Assembly: GCA_965262915.1 (NCBI GenBank)
Contig: OZ253564.1
Coordinates: 4,960,001 to 5,024,000, forward strand
Direction of reading: 5' to 3'
Origin: Candidatus Spongiisociaceae bacterium
GTDB lineage: Bacteria > Actinomycetota > Acidimicrobiia > Spongiisociales > Spongiisociaceae
DNA length: 64,000 nt
The notes under the pieces are model-generated. The model was not told where the DNA came from and did no database searches. It worked only from the letters and a program-made list of their open reading frames with translations. How positions within the stretch are numbered: position 1 is the stretch's first letter; each line of letters starts with the position of its first letter. Below, piece after piece: positions 35,401 to 46,484 of this stretch. The translations under genes and the position numbers were made by a program.

Positions 35401-35661
35401 GATCGCCTGTGGACCGTGGCCGAGGCCAAGGCGCATCTTTCCGAAATCCTGCGCCTTTCCGAAACAGAAGGACCCCAGCACATCGGTATCCGCCGACGCT
35501 TCGCCGTCGTACCTGCCGCAGCATGGTACGAGCAAACGGCGCCTCTCAAACCCCTCGGTCAGTGGCTCATCGAGAACGTCCCCCGAGGTGTAAACCTCGA
35601 GATCCCTGGTGATAGGCGATCGGCGCGAGAGATCCCCTTCACCGACAGCGAGCCCCGTTGA
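35401..35661 (+). pseudogene. Phd/YefM-like antitoxin; start codon uncertain or lost
   Basis: WTVAEAKAHLSEILRLSETEGPQ; overlaps the downstream PIN gene. Confidence 0.7.
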
Positions 35662-36062
35662 CGAGGTTTCTCTTGGACACCTCTGTGGTGTCCAAACTGA
35701 CGAAAGACACGCCAGACTAGCAGGTGATCGAGTTCCTGGCTACTCATGACGACTTGTGGTTGTCATCGATCATGATACATGAGCTGGAGTACGGCCTGCA
35801 TCTGCTTCCAGCCGGACACCGGCGCGATCGGCTTACAGCCATGATATCGGGCATCGTCTCGGCATATGCGGACCGCATCCTGTCATTGGACAGGACCGGC
35901 ACAGAGTGGGCCGCCCGCCTCCGGGCATATGCACGCCGGTCCGGATACTCCATCGACCTGGGTCATGTACTTATCGCCGGAATAGCTCGCGCCAATAATC
36001 TGGCGATCGCGACGCGTAATGTCTCTGATTTCCGAGCTTTGGGTGTCCTAATCATCGACCCT
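35658..36062 (+). pseudogene. vapC: VapC/PIN toxin with internal TAG; 3' end abuts ISL3
   Basis: FLLDTSVVS...PD*QVIEFL, ELEYG, IATRNVSDF. Confidence 0.85.
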
Positions 36063-36109
36063 GCGCGGTTTCGTGGGGTAGGGCGTTTCTGTTGTCGGTG
36101 TGGGGGTCA

Positions 36110-37571
36110 TGATGCTCCTATATTGTGCAAATCGGTTGTTGGGTGAGCCAGTGTTGGTATCGGGTAGCGAGCTGGTGGTTGTGGTCTCGGCCTAGCTCGA
36201 GTGCTGAGATGCGGCTGGGGTGGGTTCGGATAGCTCGGGCGGCCTCGGTGACGGTTATACCGGCTTGTCGGCGTTCGCTGCGTAGTTTCGCGCAGTTCGG
36301 GGTTGGTGGCGGGGTGGTGAGGATCCGGTAGATCTCGCGGGCGATGTGCCGTTTCAGGCATCGGATGATCTCGGTTCGTTTCTTGCCCTCCGCCTGGCGT
36401 CGGGTGACGTAGTCTTTGGTGGCGGCGTCGGTGCGCATCCGGGTGGTGGCTATCCGCCAGAGTGCGCTGTTGGCTTGCCGGTTGCCGCCCCGGTTGAGAC
36501 GGTGCCGAACTGTTCGGCCAGACGACGCTTGGACGGGGCTGGTGCCACACAGCGCAGCAAAGGATCGTTCCGATTTCATCCGCTTGGGGTTGTCGCCGGC
36601 GGCGACTAGCAGCGTGGCAGCTGTGTTGGGTCCGATACCTTTGGTGGCCAACAACGCCGGGTTGGCCCTGGCGCAGAGGCGTTTGATCTCGGTGTCGTGT
36701 TCTGCGATCTCGGCGTTGAGTGTCTGGTAACGGCGGGCTAGACGACGGAGAGCCAGCTTGGCGTAGCTGACAGAGGACTCTCCGCTGGGTCGGAACCGGG
36801 CGCAGACCCGGACCTGTGCTTTGAGTTTCATATCGCTTAGCTGGGCTTTTAGCGGCTCTGGGGCACCAACCAACAGAGAATGGAACTGGTTGGCGGCCTG
36901 GGTTCGGGCCTTGACCGCCGAGCGCCGAACTACTGTCAGCATCCGTATCCACTCGACCGGCCCATCCCCGGACTTGGGAACCGCGGTTGCTTCACCACTG
37001 AGAGCAGCACGAGCGGCTGCCTCGGCGTCGACGTTGTCGTCTTTGCCCCGCTGGCGACGTAGTTGCCGGTTGGGACGGTTCACCTCCACCACGTCTATGC
37101 CGGCCCCGAGGAGATGACGGGAGAGACCGGCGCCGTAGCTGCCGGTCCCTTCCACCCCGACCCGGCTGATCCGACCCTGCGACTCCATCCAGGCCACCAG
37201 TTGCGCATAGCCGGCGGGATCGGCTCGGAACTGGGCGGATCCCAGCAGGCGACCTGCGGTATCAACCACCGCCCCAACATGGGTATCCCGGTGTGTGTCC
37301 ACCCCACCGACCACAACCGGCTCCTCGGCTCTATCTTGGTCTGTCATGTGCTCACCCTTTCGCTGGCTGACTACAATTCCAAGTCCCCTGAGCCGGGTAG
37401 AGCGGCGGACAGAACACTCAAGGCGCAAAAGTCGAAGCTCCTATTAGGTCACCCCGCTCCCCGGTTCAGGAGTCCCAGCGGGGGCCAGGTCGACAGATCA
37501 TGACAAAGGCACCAAAGGCCAGTTACGAGGTGAGTCAGACCCGCCCCCGCCGAAGACCCGACCATTATGAG
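36110..37571 (-). mobile_element. IS110 family element B; intact recombinase 36118-37347 with C-terminal HTH
   Basis: GGVDTH, GVEGTGSYG, GKDDNVDA, ASSG..RHRLNRGGNR; right end TTGCACAATATAGGAGCATC; inserted at the ISL3-B stop codon. Confidence 0.95.
37375..37555 (-). ncRNA. Putative bridge RNA of IS110-B
   Basis: Same scaffold as IS110-A with guides CCTCGTAAC (= left target), GTCATGAT (revcomp of right flank), ATAGGAGC and TGAGTG (donor); boundaries approximate. Confidence 0.78.
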
Positions 37572-38871
37572 TGTTACGAGGATTCCTCGGGCGGCGTAGT
37601 TGTCGTAGTTGGTGAACCCGTGGGCGACGCGGCGTAGGACTTGGAGGAGGTTGTTGGTTCCTTCGATGGGTCCGTTAGTGGCTCGTCTGCTGGTGTGGTA
37701 GGCCAGGATTTGTTCTCCCCAGGCGATGATGGTGTCCACAACTTGGTGGTATTGGGGTATCTGTCCGGTGGCGTAGAGGTCGGCGAACCGTCCGAGCGCC
37801 TGGTTAGCTTGATCCGGGTTGTCGGCTTCATACAGTTGGTAGAGCTCTTGGAGAGCGTCCCACGCGGTTCGCAGGACGTGGATGAGCGTCGAAGAGCCGG
37901 TCGAGATACTTCTGGTGGGCTTCGGTGAGGTGATCGGCTCGGCGTAAGAGGGTAAAGCGGGCTCGGAACAGGTCCGGCTCGAACGTTGGGGGACGCAGCT
38001 GGGGGTCCCGGCGTTGTATCTCTCGTCGTACCAGGGTGAGGCCTTGGGTGAACCAGCGGACGACGTGGAACCGGTCGAGCACATGGCGAGCATCGGGCAG
38101 ATACTGTGCGATGGCTGCCTGGTAGGAGCGGGACCCGTCGGAGACGACTATCTCCACCTGGCGGCACCACCAGGCTCCTTGGTCTCTGAAGAACCTGGCC
38201 AAAGACCCTTTCGTGCGACCTGGGATCATCGCCAGGACCTTGCCGCTGTCACCACAGGCCACCACGGTCACATACCGATGCCGGCGCCGGATCGATGTTT
38301 CGTCGACCAACAGCACACGACACGGCCGGGCCCGGCGACGCTGCGCCACCCGCTCCGAGTGAGCTCTCACCAACCCCATGATCCGATGCCATCCCACCCC
38401 ATGATGGCGGCCCACCGCCCGAATCGACATCACCGTTGCGTCGGCGACTAGACGACGGGCGAAACGGCGGGTCAACCCGGCTTGGAACTCGGCATGGTCC
38501 TCAAGGTGACGCTCCCCACAGTTTCCACATTCGAACCGGCGGCGACGTCACACCAACGTTGTGCGGCGTCCACTCACCTCCAAATCCCGAACCCTCTTTA
38601 CCCTTCGGTCCCACACCCTGTAGCAGCGGAACCCACAATGGCGGCACCTCGACCACTCCCGGGCCGATTCGACTTCAACCTCAAGACGCTCAACAGAGTC
38701 GACCCCCACTCTCATCACGCGAACACCCGACAGGTGCAGCCGTACTTGCATAACATCAGACATCGAGGCCTCTCCCTGGATTCGGCGTTTTGGCTATTCA
38801 CCGATTCCAGCGAGGCCTCAACCCCATTCCAAGGATTTCAACCCACCCACCCCACAATTCCGCGCAGCCTC

Positions 38872-39093
38872 TACAAGACAGAACTCATCCGACAGAGGGG
38901 ACCGTGGCGCAACCTCGACCAGGTCGAGTACGCCACACTCGAGTATGTGGACTGGTTCAACCACCGGCGGCTCCTCGAACCCATAGGGCACATCCCACCA
39001 GCAGAGAAGGAGTCCAACTACCATCGCCAACAGAACCGAGTCCAGCTAGCTGGACTCAAATAAAACACTCTCCGGCAAAGCCGGTACGGTTCA
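38872..39093 (+). mobile_element. IS3 family element 1, 3' part with right IR
   Basis: YKTELI..GPW....EYVDWFNHRRL; ends CTCTCCGGCAAAGCCGGTACGGTTCA, matching the IR at 23573. Confidence 0.88.
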
Positions 39094-39444
39094 GACCTCT
39101 AATAGAAACACGCACACAGTTTTGAGGGCTGGTTCGTGAGGTGGTTGACGGCAACCGCGCCCCGGGGGCAATCTCGATGGTTCATTCTACCGAAAGTCGC
39201 CAACAGCCCTCGGATGTATTGTCTCGTCCCCAGATGAGCATGTCTTCGAATACCCTCACCGACACTCGAATACCCTCACCGCTCTGCCCACCTGTTCTCG
39301 GTCGGTCCAATCAATGTTCTTTTCGTAGGTAGCGAACAAGCTCCGCCGCTGTCCGACCAAATCAAGACATAGCACGACCTGCGATACGGGGGTGGGCGGA
39401 GGGCACCAGCCACAGCGAACGCACCGCCAACGACCACCCTCCGC

Positions 39445-41214
39445 TCAAAAGGCCCATAGCCGGGGAATGAAGATGGTGGACAGGATGCAGAACAGGATGT
39501 TGAGGGGCACCCCGGCCCGCAGGAAGTCGACGTATCGGTATCCCCCCGGGTTGTAGATCATGGTGTTGGTCTGATATCCCACCGGCGTGGAGAACCCAGT
39601 TGAGGCCGCGAAGGTGATGGCCATCAGGAATGGTTTGGGGTCCACTCCGAGGTGACCCGCGGTGGAAATGGCTATAGGCGCCAGCAGCACCGCAGCCGCG
39701 GCGTTGCTCATGGTTTCGGTCATGATGGCCGCCAGTAGGTAGATAGCCGCCAGCACGGCCACCGGACCCATGTCGCCCACCAGCGACACCACCTGAGAAG
39801 CGAGGAAGCCCGCGGCCCCGCTGGTATGCATGGCGATACCCAGGGGAAGCACTCCGGCCAAGAGGAATATGACCTGCCAATTGATGGAGCGGTATATGTC
39901 CTCCGGTTCCAGTATCCGGGTCATCACCAGGGCCACGCAACCGAGTACCGCGGTTACCGGAATCGGGACGACATCGAAAGCGGCCAGGCCCACGACCGCC
40001 AGGAGTATCCCGATAGCCAGAGGCGCTTTGTGGCGCAGGGTGCCGCCGGGCACCTCCCCGAGAACGATAAAGTCGGCATCCCGCCGTAGCTCCCGTATCT
40101 GCGTTCCGTGCGCCTGTATCAGCAGAGCGTCGCCCAGCCCGAGCCTGACCGAACCGAGCCGGTCGTTGATAGTCTTGCCCCGGCGCTGCATGGCCAGCAC
40201 TAGCGCCTTGTAGCGGTTGCGGAAATCCACTTCCTTCAGAGTGTGCCCGATCAGGTCGGAACCAGGAGCCACCAGGGCCTCCACCAGACGCAAATCCTCA
40301 CTCTGCAGCGTTTCGTCTCGGAGCTTGAAATCGGCATCTATCCGCAGACCCATAGTTCCCCGGAGCCGCATCAGGTCAGGCAGCGAGCCATGCACCAGAA
40401 GCACGTCGTCTGGTTGGAGAACTCTCCTGAGGGGCGCCCATCCCTCCTCCCCTGCGTTGAGCACCCCCAGCACCCTTATATCGTGGTCCTCGCCCAGTCT
40501 GCTCTCCAGCACCGATTTCCCCACCAAGGGGGACTTGTGGCGTATTCTCAGTTCGGTCACATATTCGCCGAGGTGGTAGCTAGTCGCTAGTTCATGAGGC
40601 TGGCGGTCAGGCAGCAACCAGCGGCCGAAGATCAGGAAATAGGCCACTCCGGCAGCGAACAGGATCAGACCCATCCGGCTGAACTCGAACATGCTGAATT
40701 CCCCGTAGCCCGCCTCGGCGGAGATGGAACTCACCAACAGGTTGGTGGAGGTGCCTATGAGCGTGCATACCCCTCCGAACTGGGAGGCGTAGGAGAGAGG
40801 GATCAGAAGTTTGGACGCGGCTATCTTCCGTCTGGTGGCCAGGATCGTCACCAGTGGTATGAACACCGCCACTGCGGCTGTGTTGTTCACGAAGGCCGAC
40901 ATCACCGTCACCGCCACCATGATCACGACCAGCGCGGCGAAATGGTTCCGGCTGTAGCGAACCATCATCCGGCCTACCACCGCGGTGGCCCCCGTTTTCT
41001 GCAGCCCGGCGCTGAGTACGAACATGGCAGCGACTGTCAGCGTGGCCGGGTTGCTGAACCCAGAGAACCCATCCTCGAGAGTTACCAAGCCGAGCGCCAG
41101 CAACACCCCGAGGCCCAGCATGGCCACTATGTCCAAGCGGTACTTCTCGGAGACGAACAGCACCACAATCCCAACGAGGATCGCGGTCACCAGCAGGCCG
41201 TCGACGGTCATCAC
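39445..41214 (-). CDS. SLC13/CitMHS family permease with two TrkA-C domains
   Basis: SAFVNNT, GGVCTLIGTSTNL, TPVGYQTN..IY.PGGY. Confidence 0.92.
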   Translation of the reverse strand: MMTVDGLLVTAILVGIVVLFVSEKYRLDIVAMLGLGVLLALGLVTLEDGFSGFSNPATLTVAAMFVLSAGLQKTGATAVVGRMMVRYSRNHFAALVVIMVAVTVMSAFVNNTAAVAVFIPLVTILATRRKIAASKLLIPLSYASQFGGVCTLIGTSTNLLVSSISAEAGYGEFSMFEFSRMGLILFAAGVAYFLIFGRWLLPDRQPHELATSYHLGEYVTELRIRHKSPLVGKSVLESRLGEDHDIRVLGVLNAGEEGWAPLRRVLQPDDVLLVHGSLPDLMRLRGTMGLRIDADFKLRDETLQSEDLRLVEALVAPGSDLIGHTLKEVDFRNRYKALVLAMQRRGKTINDRLGSVRLGLGDALLIQAHGTQIRELRRDADFIVLGEVPGGTLRHKAPLAIGILLAVVGLAAFDVVPIPVTAVLGCVALVMTRILEPEDIYRSINWQVIFLLAGVLPLGIAMHTSGAAGFLASQVVSLVGDMGPVAVLAAIYLLAAIMTETMSNAAAAVLLAPIAISTAGHLGVDPKPFLMAITFAASTGFSTPVGYQTNTMIYNPGGYRYVDFLRAGVPLNILFCILSTIFIPRLWAF

Positions 41215-41509
41215 AGCGAGGGGTCAACGGGTTTCACGTCACCCACAGAGGGGAGACTCCCCCGCCCCTCAGGAAAGGCTTCCCTTGAGTGCCCGGAGTC
41301 CGCCAAACACCCGACATACTCGTCATATCTACTGGCGACGCCTTCGACGATTTCGACCGCCTCGCATCTGGACAACCCTTCGCAGCGAAACGCCCCCACC
41401 GAAGCCTGTGGGTCGCATCTTCGACCTGCATACGAACTGATGGCGATCGCTGAAATTCCTCAGAGTCGATCATCGAAATTCCCCTTTACCTTGTTGGGGG
41501 GAGTCTGCT

Positions 41510-42075
41510 GAGTCTAGTGGCGATCTCCTTTCGGTCGGTGTTTGCGGGCCTGGGCTTGGTAGGAGCGGAGCCGGTAGTTGTCGCCTGTGATGGTGAACGC
41601 GACGCTTCGGTGGAGGAGCCGGTCCACATGGCAGCGGCGATGGTGGTGTCGGAGAAGATGTCTCCCCAGGACGCGACGTTGCGGTTGGTGGTCAGGATGA
41701 CCGATCCTTGCTGGTAGCGGCGGGAGATGACCTGGAACAGAGCAGCCGCGTATCGTGATGGCATTGGTAGGCAGCCGAGTTCGTCGATTATGAGCACGGC
41801 GGGGCCGGAGAAGAACCGCATGGTGGCTGCCCATCTGCCTTCGAGGGCGGCTTTGCGGCAGCGCGCTGCTAGCCACCCCTTGGAACTAACCGTCTAGGTC
41901 AGCGGCGGTTGTGTAGTAGACCCGGTGGCCGCCGTCGACCGCGGCCCGGCCCAGGATGACCGCCAGCATGGTTTTTCCGACACCGGGCGGTCCGATGAAC
42001 AGCACGTTGGTCGCGTCGGCCAGATAGCCGCCGCATGCGAGTTCTCGTACGAGTTTTTCATTGATGCTGGGCTGA
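41510..42075 (-). pseudogene. istB: IS21 family IstB helper ATPase remnant
   Basis: QPSI, NVLFIGPPGVGKT, LIIDELG, LFQVISRRY, ILTTN, GDNYRL; disrupted by an insertion and a frameshift. Confidence 0.85.
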
Positions 42076-42171
42076 GGACTATGCCGTATGCTGGCGGGTG
42101 GAGGAAGGAAACTGCCTTTGACCTGGGATTATGAACAGTTCTGAAACAACGAGCGACCATCAGCAACAGTG

Positions 42172-42244
42172 TGGGCCCGGCGGGGATCGAACCCGCGACC
42201 TTCGGATTAAAAGTCCGCTGCTCTCCCGACTGAGCTACGGGCCC
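42172..42244 (-). tRNA. tRNA-Lys (TTT)
   Basis: GGGCCCGTAGCTCAGTCGGGAGAGCAGCGGACTTTTAATCCGAAGGTCGCGGGTTCGATCCCCGCCGGGCCCA forms a cloverleaf; CCA not encoded. Confidence 0.97.
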
Positions 42245-42304
42245 GATTACCAGGGTAGCCGCCGGGTGGGCAACGGATTGGCTCCGGGGCGATAGGCTCG
42301 GCGG

Positions 42305-44113
42305 GTGATCGGCTACGGGTACTCTGGACTTCCTCCGGTGGGCGTGACGGACGATGCGTTCCTGGACGACTTGGTGGAAAGGGGCCATCAGGCGTTCGAG
42401 TTGGCCTTCACACGGGGGTTTCCCTGGAAGGAGAGGCGGTGCGCCCGCTTCGGACATCTGGCGGCCGAGAGGAGGATTCGGCTGTCGGTCCACGCCCCCT
42501 ACTTCGCAGTTCTCACCGTGGCTGACGAAGACCGGGCTAAGCAGTGCCGGGCGGCCCTCGAGCACACCGTCAAGCTGGGAGCCGAACTCGACGCCCGGAT
42601 CGTGGTCGCCCACCTGGGTGCGCGGCGGGGGGAGGAGCCCGGCGTCCTGCTCGACCGCATCCGGGAACACCTGGATTGGATCGGCGCCAAGGTGTCGGGC
42701 CTGGGAGTGGGCCTCGGCCTGGAGACGACCGGGCGCCTCTCCCACATGGGCAGCCTGGGGGATATCGCCCTGCTGGCCGCCGAGTTCCCTTTCGTGCGCC
42801 CGGTGGTCGACTGGGCTCATGTCCACGCCATCAGCCGGGGCGGTCTGGAATCTGCCGAGGCCTTCGCGGCGGTGCTCGGATTCCTGCGCGAGAACTTCCC
42901 CGGCTGGAAGATCGACCCCCTCCATACCCAGTTCAGCGACGTCCTGTACGGCGAGATGGGTGAGATCCGGCATATTCGGTACGGAGACGGAACGCTACGG
43001 GTGGAACCCCTCATGGAGGCGGTCCGGGCAGCCGGAATGCGCATGACGGTAATCTCGGAGTCCCGCGACACCCGCTCGCACGATGCCATTCACACCGGAA
43101 TCCTCGACGCGCTCGCCGCCCCGGCGCCCGGCGGGCCGGATGGCCGGGAGGTGGCGAGCGGAGCGGTCGAGTTCCCGGTGGTTCCCAGGGCCAGGGAGAT
43201 GGCCGACGGGTATCCCTTGACGGGCTACGAGCGGCCTCTGCGCCTCTCCAACCTCGACAAACAGTTCTTCCCCGACGGGTACACGAAGGGAGACCTGATC
43301 TCGTACTACGCGTCGGTGGCTCCACTTCTCCTCCCGCATTTGGCGGACCGAGCAATAGTGATGGCCCGATTCCCGGACGGCTCGGAAGGGGGGTTCTTCT
43401 ACGAGAAACAGGCTCCAGGTCATCAGCCCGACTGGATGCAGCTCGCCCCCCTCGAGTCGGCAGCCAGGGGCGGGATTATCGACTTCGTGACCGCCCTGAA
43501 CGTGGAATCACTGATGTGGCTGGCCAACATGGGCTGCATCGAAATCCACCCTTGGCTGTCGCGGCTCCAGCATCTCGACAGCGAGGACTTCGCCGTTTTC
43601 GATCTCGATCCTGCGGAAGGCGCGAGCTGGGAGCAGGTCGTGTCGGTGGCCAAGCTGCTCGGGGTGGCACTGGATCGTCTGGGACTGCGCGGCTATCCGA
43701 AGACCTCGGGTGCCAGCGGGATCCATGTCTACGTCCCCCTCGACCCGGTACACGGATACGGGAGGGTGCGTCGCGTCGTCGAACAGGTGGGTCGTCTCAT
43801 GGCATCGGCCAATCCCGCAGACGTGACCATGGACCGCCACATCCCCAACCGGAGGGGGAAGGTCTTTATCGACTCGGGACAGAACCGGGCGGGCGCCACG
43901 ATCGCCTCGGTCTATTCGGTGCGCCCCCGACCCGGAGCGCCGGTGTCGACCCCGATCCGCTGGGAGGAACTGGATCAGGTCACTCCCGGGGATTTCACCA
44001 TCGCCACCGTGTGGGACCGGATCTCCCGCTACGGCGACCTGTTCGCTCCGGTTCTGGAAGGCGGTCAGGTTCTGGACCGGGCAGAAGATGCCCTGGGCTT
44101 CGGCAGGGACTAG
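42305..44113 (+). CDS. Fusion of endonuclease IV-like TIM barrel and LigD-type primase-polymerase (PrimPol) domain
   Basis: N-half: SVHAPY, GLETTGR, DWAHVHA, GEIRH, VISES. C-half: LSNLDK, TKGDL, FYEK, FDLDP, KTSG..GIHVY, YSVR...GAPVSTP..WEEL. Confidence 0.88.
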   Translation: MIGYGYSGLPPVGVTDDAFLDDLVERGHQAFELAFTRGFPWKERRCARFGHLAAERRIRLSVHAPYFAVLTVADEDRAKQCRAALEHTVKLGAELDARIVVAHLGARRGEEPGVLLDRIREHLDWIGAKVSGLGVGLGLETTGRLSHMGSLGDIALLAAEFPFVRPVVDWAHVHAISRGGLESAEAFAAVLGFLRENFPGWKIDPLHTQFSDVLYGEMGEIRHIRYGDGTLRVEPLMEAVRAAGMRMTVISESRDTRSHDAIHTGILDALAAPAPGGPDGREVASGAVEFPVVPRAREMADGYPLTGYERPLRLSNLDKQFFPDGYTKGDLISYYASVAPLLLPHLADRAIVMARFPDGSEGGFFYEKQAPGHQPDWMQLAPLESAARGGIIDFVTALNVESLMWLANMGCIEIHPWLSRLQHLDSEDFAVFDLDPAEGASWEQVVSVAKLLGVALDRLGLRGYPKTSGASGIHVYVPLDPVHGYGRVRRVVEQVGRLMASANPADVTMDRHIPNRRGKVFIDSGQNRAGATIASVYSVRPRPGAPVSTPIRWEELDQVTPGDFTIATVWDRISRYGDLFAPVLEGGQVLDRAEDALGFGRD

Positions 44114-44152
44114 CTCCGGGCCCTGTCCGAAGGTGCTGCCCCAGCGACTTGG

Positions 44153-44761
44153 CTAGCTGGGAGCCAGCCCGTTCCAGACGGTGTCGACTGTGTGTTCTAT
44201 GCGCTCCCTTGACTCGGGAGCACCCAGAATGCGTCTCATGAACATCGCCCCCACCATCGCCTGGACGGCGATCTCCAAGTCGGCATCCGGCCGTATCTCT
44301 CCCCGCTCCACGCCACGTTGAAGCACCATGACCGCCTCGTCCCTGCGGGGGTGTATCAGCCGTTCGCGGAATAGCTCCAAGAGTTCAGGGCTGCGGCGCT
44401 CCTCAACGAGTAGAGCACCGATCATGGCGATGCCCGGACCGTTCTCGAGGGCATGCTGGTTCTGCAGGATCATCTCAACGATGTCGGTGCGTATGTCACC
44501 CGTGTCCGGGAGCTGGCCCAGATCGTCCCTCAGCGTGCCCACGGCGGCGGCCACCAGCTCTTCCTTGGACGAGTAGCGCCTGTAGATGGTGGTCTTTCCG
44601 ACTCCGGCCTCGGACGCCACCCGCTCGATCGACATACCGGCATATCCCCGGTCCATGAGTAGCTTCAGAGTGGCTTGCAGGATGGCAACGTCGACCTCAG
44701 GGTCGCGAGGGCGACCGCGCTTGAGGTCTCTCGGTCTCGTAGTCTCGGTGGATCCTGTCAT
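44153..44761 (-). CDS. TetR family regulator
   Basis: GRPRD...VASEAGVGKTTIYRRYSSKEEL. Confidence 0.92.
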   Translation of the reverse strand: MTGSTETTRPRDLKRGRPRDPEVDVAILQATLKLLMDRGYAGMSIERVASEAGVGKTTIYRRYSSKEELVAAAVGTLRDDLGQLPDTGDIRTDIVEMILQNQHALENGPGIAMIGALLVEERRSPELLELFRERLIHPRRDEAVMVLQRGVERGEIRPDADLEIAVQAMVGAMFMRRILGAPESRERIEHTVDTVWNGLAPS

Positions 44762-44811
44762 CGGGTCGCTTCTGCTAGAGCCCCTCGAGGGTTGGAGGTT
44801 GTGTCTTCACT

Positions 44812-46353
44812 TCAGGATTCCGCGTCCTCGCGCTCAGGAAGGTGGTGCGGCGGCATGAACTTGGCGATGAGCACCGCTCCGGTCAGCGCCACACCGGCGC
44901 TCACCAGCACCGCCAGACCGAGTGCATCCGTGAAAGCTGCCTTTGCCGCATCCGCCAACCGGATACCGGCCTCGGCCGGTATCGTGGATGCGATCTTGGA
45001 TGCTGCACCTACCGAGTCACCAGCGGCACTCGCCGCCTCGGGCGGCAACCCGGCCACTGCCTCATCCATCCTACCGCTGTAGGCCGTGTTGATGACAGAC
45101 CCGATCACAGCCACGCCGAAGGCCCCCGCCACCATCCGGGTGACGTCGTTCATCGCCGAGGCTATGCCGGCGTTGGCTTCCGGAACGGCTCCCATCACCG
45201 AATCGGTGGATGGCGCCATCACGGTGCCCATACTGAACGCCATGAAGAAGAAGGTCAGGCCGACGATCCAGTAGTCGGTACCGGGATCCCAGAAGGTGAT
45301 GGTAACGAGCACTACCGTCAGAACCCCTAGGCCCAGCGCCACTACTTTGTTGGTACCCAGCTTCCCGACCAATCGATGGCTTGTACCGGCTCCGGACGCC
45401 ATGCCCAAGGCCATCGGCACCATTCTCACGCCGGCCTCCAAGGGCGTGTATCCCTGGACGAACTGGAGGAACTGCGTCATCCCGAAGATAATGCCGAACA
45501 AGGCGAAGAACCCGATGGAGATTCCGCCCGCTCCGGCGGAGAACCGTGGGTTCTTGAAGAACGACAGGTTGAGCATCGGGTGTTCAGTCCTGATCTCCCA
45601 ATACCCGAAAGCCGCAACGAGCAGCGCCCCACCCACGAGACCGGCAATGACCAGCCCGTCGGCCCACCCTCGGACGGGCGCCTCGATGATCGAGTACACC
45701 AGGGTCGTTACGGCCGTTATCGACAGGACAGCGCCCGGAATGTCCAACGGTGCTGAGTTCGGGTCCCGACTCTCGGGGACGAGAACGAGTCCGGCCGCGA
45801 GGGCAAGCCCGATGATCGGAATGTTGACCCAGAACACGGAACCCCACCAGAAGTGCTCGAGAAGAAGACCCCCGGTGACGGGGCCGAGACCGATGCCCAA
45901 TCCGGCGACCCCGGCCCATATCCCGATCGCTCTCCCGCGCTCCTCCCTGGGAAACACGTTGGTGAGGATCGACAGGGTGGACGGCATTATGAGCGCCCCT
46001 CCGATCCCCATCAGAGCTCGCGCGGCGATGAGCTGTGCGCTCGATCCCGCGTACGCCGCGAACAAACTCGACAGGCCGAACACCACCAGCCCGACCTGGA
46101 GAGCTCGCCTGCGCCCGAATCGGTCACCGAGCGAACCCATCGTCAGCAACAGACCGGCGAACACAAGAATATATGCGTCGATCATCCACTGAAGCGACGT
46201 GGAAGTGGCGCTGAATTCCTGCTGAAGGGTGGGGATCGCTACGTTGAGGATGGTGTTGTCCAGGCCGATGATCAGCAAGCTCATCGACAGGACACCAAGA
46301 GTCCACCACCTCCTCCGATACACGGCCGACCCGGGAGAGCTTGAACTGGTCAT
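44812..46353 (-). CDS. DHA2/EmrB-QacA family MFS efflux pump
   Basis: LDNTILNVAIP, GSLGDRFGRR, WGSVFWVNIP; 14-TM pattern. Confidence 0.93.
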   Translation of the reverse strand: MTSSSSPGSAVYRRRWWTLGVLSMSLLIIGLDNTILNVAIPTLQQEFSATSTSLQWMIDAYILVFAGLLLTMGSLGDRFGRRRALQVGLVVFGLSSLFAAYAGSSAQLIAARALMGIGGALIMPSTLSILTNVFPREERGRAIGIWAGVAGLGIGLGPVTGGLLLEHFWWGSVFWVNIPIIGLALAAGLVLVPESRDPNSAPLDIPGAVLSITAVTTLVYSIIEAPVRGWADGLVIAGLVGGALLVAAFGYWEIRTEHPMLNLSFFKNPRFSAGAGGISIGFFALFGIIFGMTQFLQFVQGYTPLEAGVRMVPMALGMASGAGTSHRLVGKLGTNKVVALGLGVLTVVLVTITFWDPGTDYWIVGLTFFFMAFSMGTVMAPSTDSVMGAVPEANAGIASAMNDVTRMVAGAFGVAVIGSVINTAYSGRMDEAVAGLPPEAASAAGDSVGAASKIASTIPAEAGIRLADAAKAAFTDALGLAVLVSAGVALTGAVLIAKFMPPHHLPEREDAES

Positions 46354-46371
46354 AGCGTGACCCCTCATATA

Positions 46372-46392
46372 GAAACGATACGGTAGCGTTTC
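46372..46392. promoter_or_regulatory. Putative TetR operator upstream of the MFS-tetR operon
   Basis: Palindrome GAAACGATACGGTAGCGTTTC just upstream of the MFS start. Confidence 0.65.
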
Positions 46393-46484
46393 ATTATTAG
46401 GGGAATAGGCCTGTTCGTCAAGTCCTCCGGTTGAGAAGCACCCAGACCGCCGAGACTCCTAACTTCTGAGTAGTTACTCCTAGA

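Larger units (their letters stand above)
36057..38871 (-). mobile_element. ISL3 family element B (disrupted transposase ~37572-38763) with nested IS110
   Basis: IRs GACCCTGCGCGGTTTCGTGGGG / GAGGCTGCGCGGAATTGTGGGG; VDETS, LDRFHVV, TNGPIEGTNN..RRVAHGF. Confidence 0.9.

Noticed and set aside
39247-39281. 20-bp-period repeat CGAATACCCTCACCG x2
   Set aside because: Only two copies in decayed intergenic DNA, with no associated feature.
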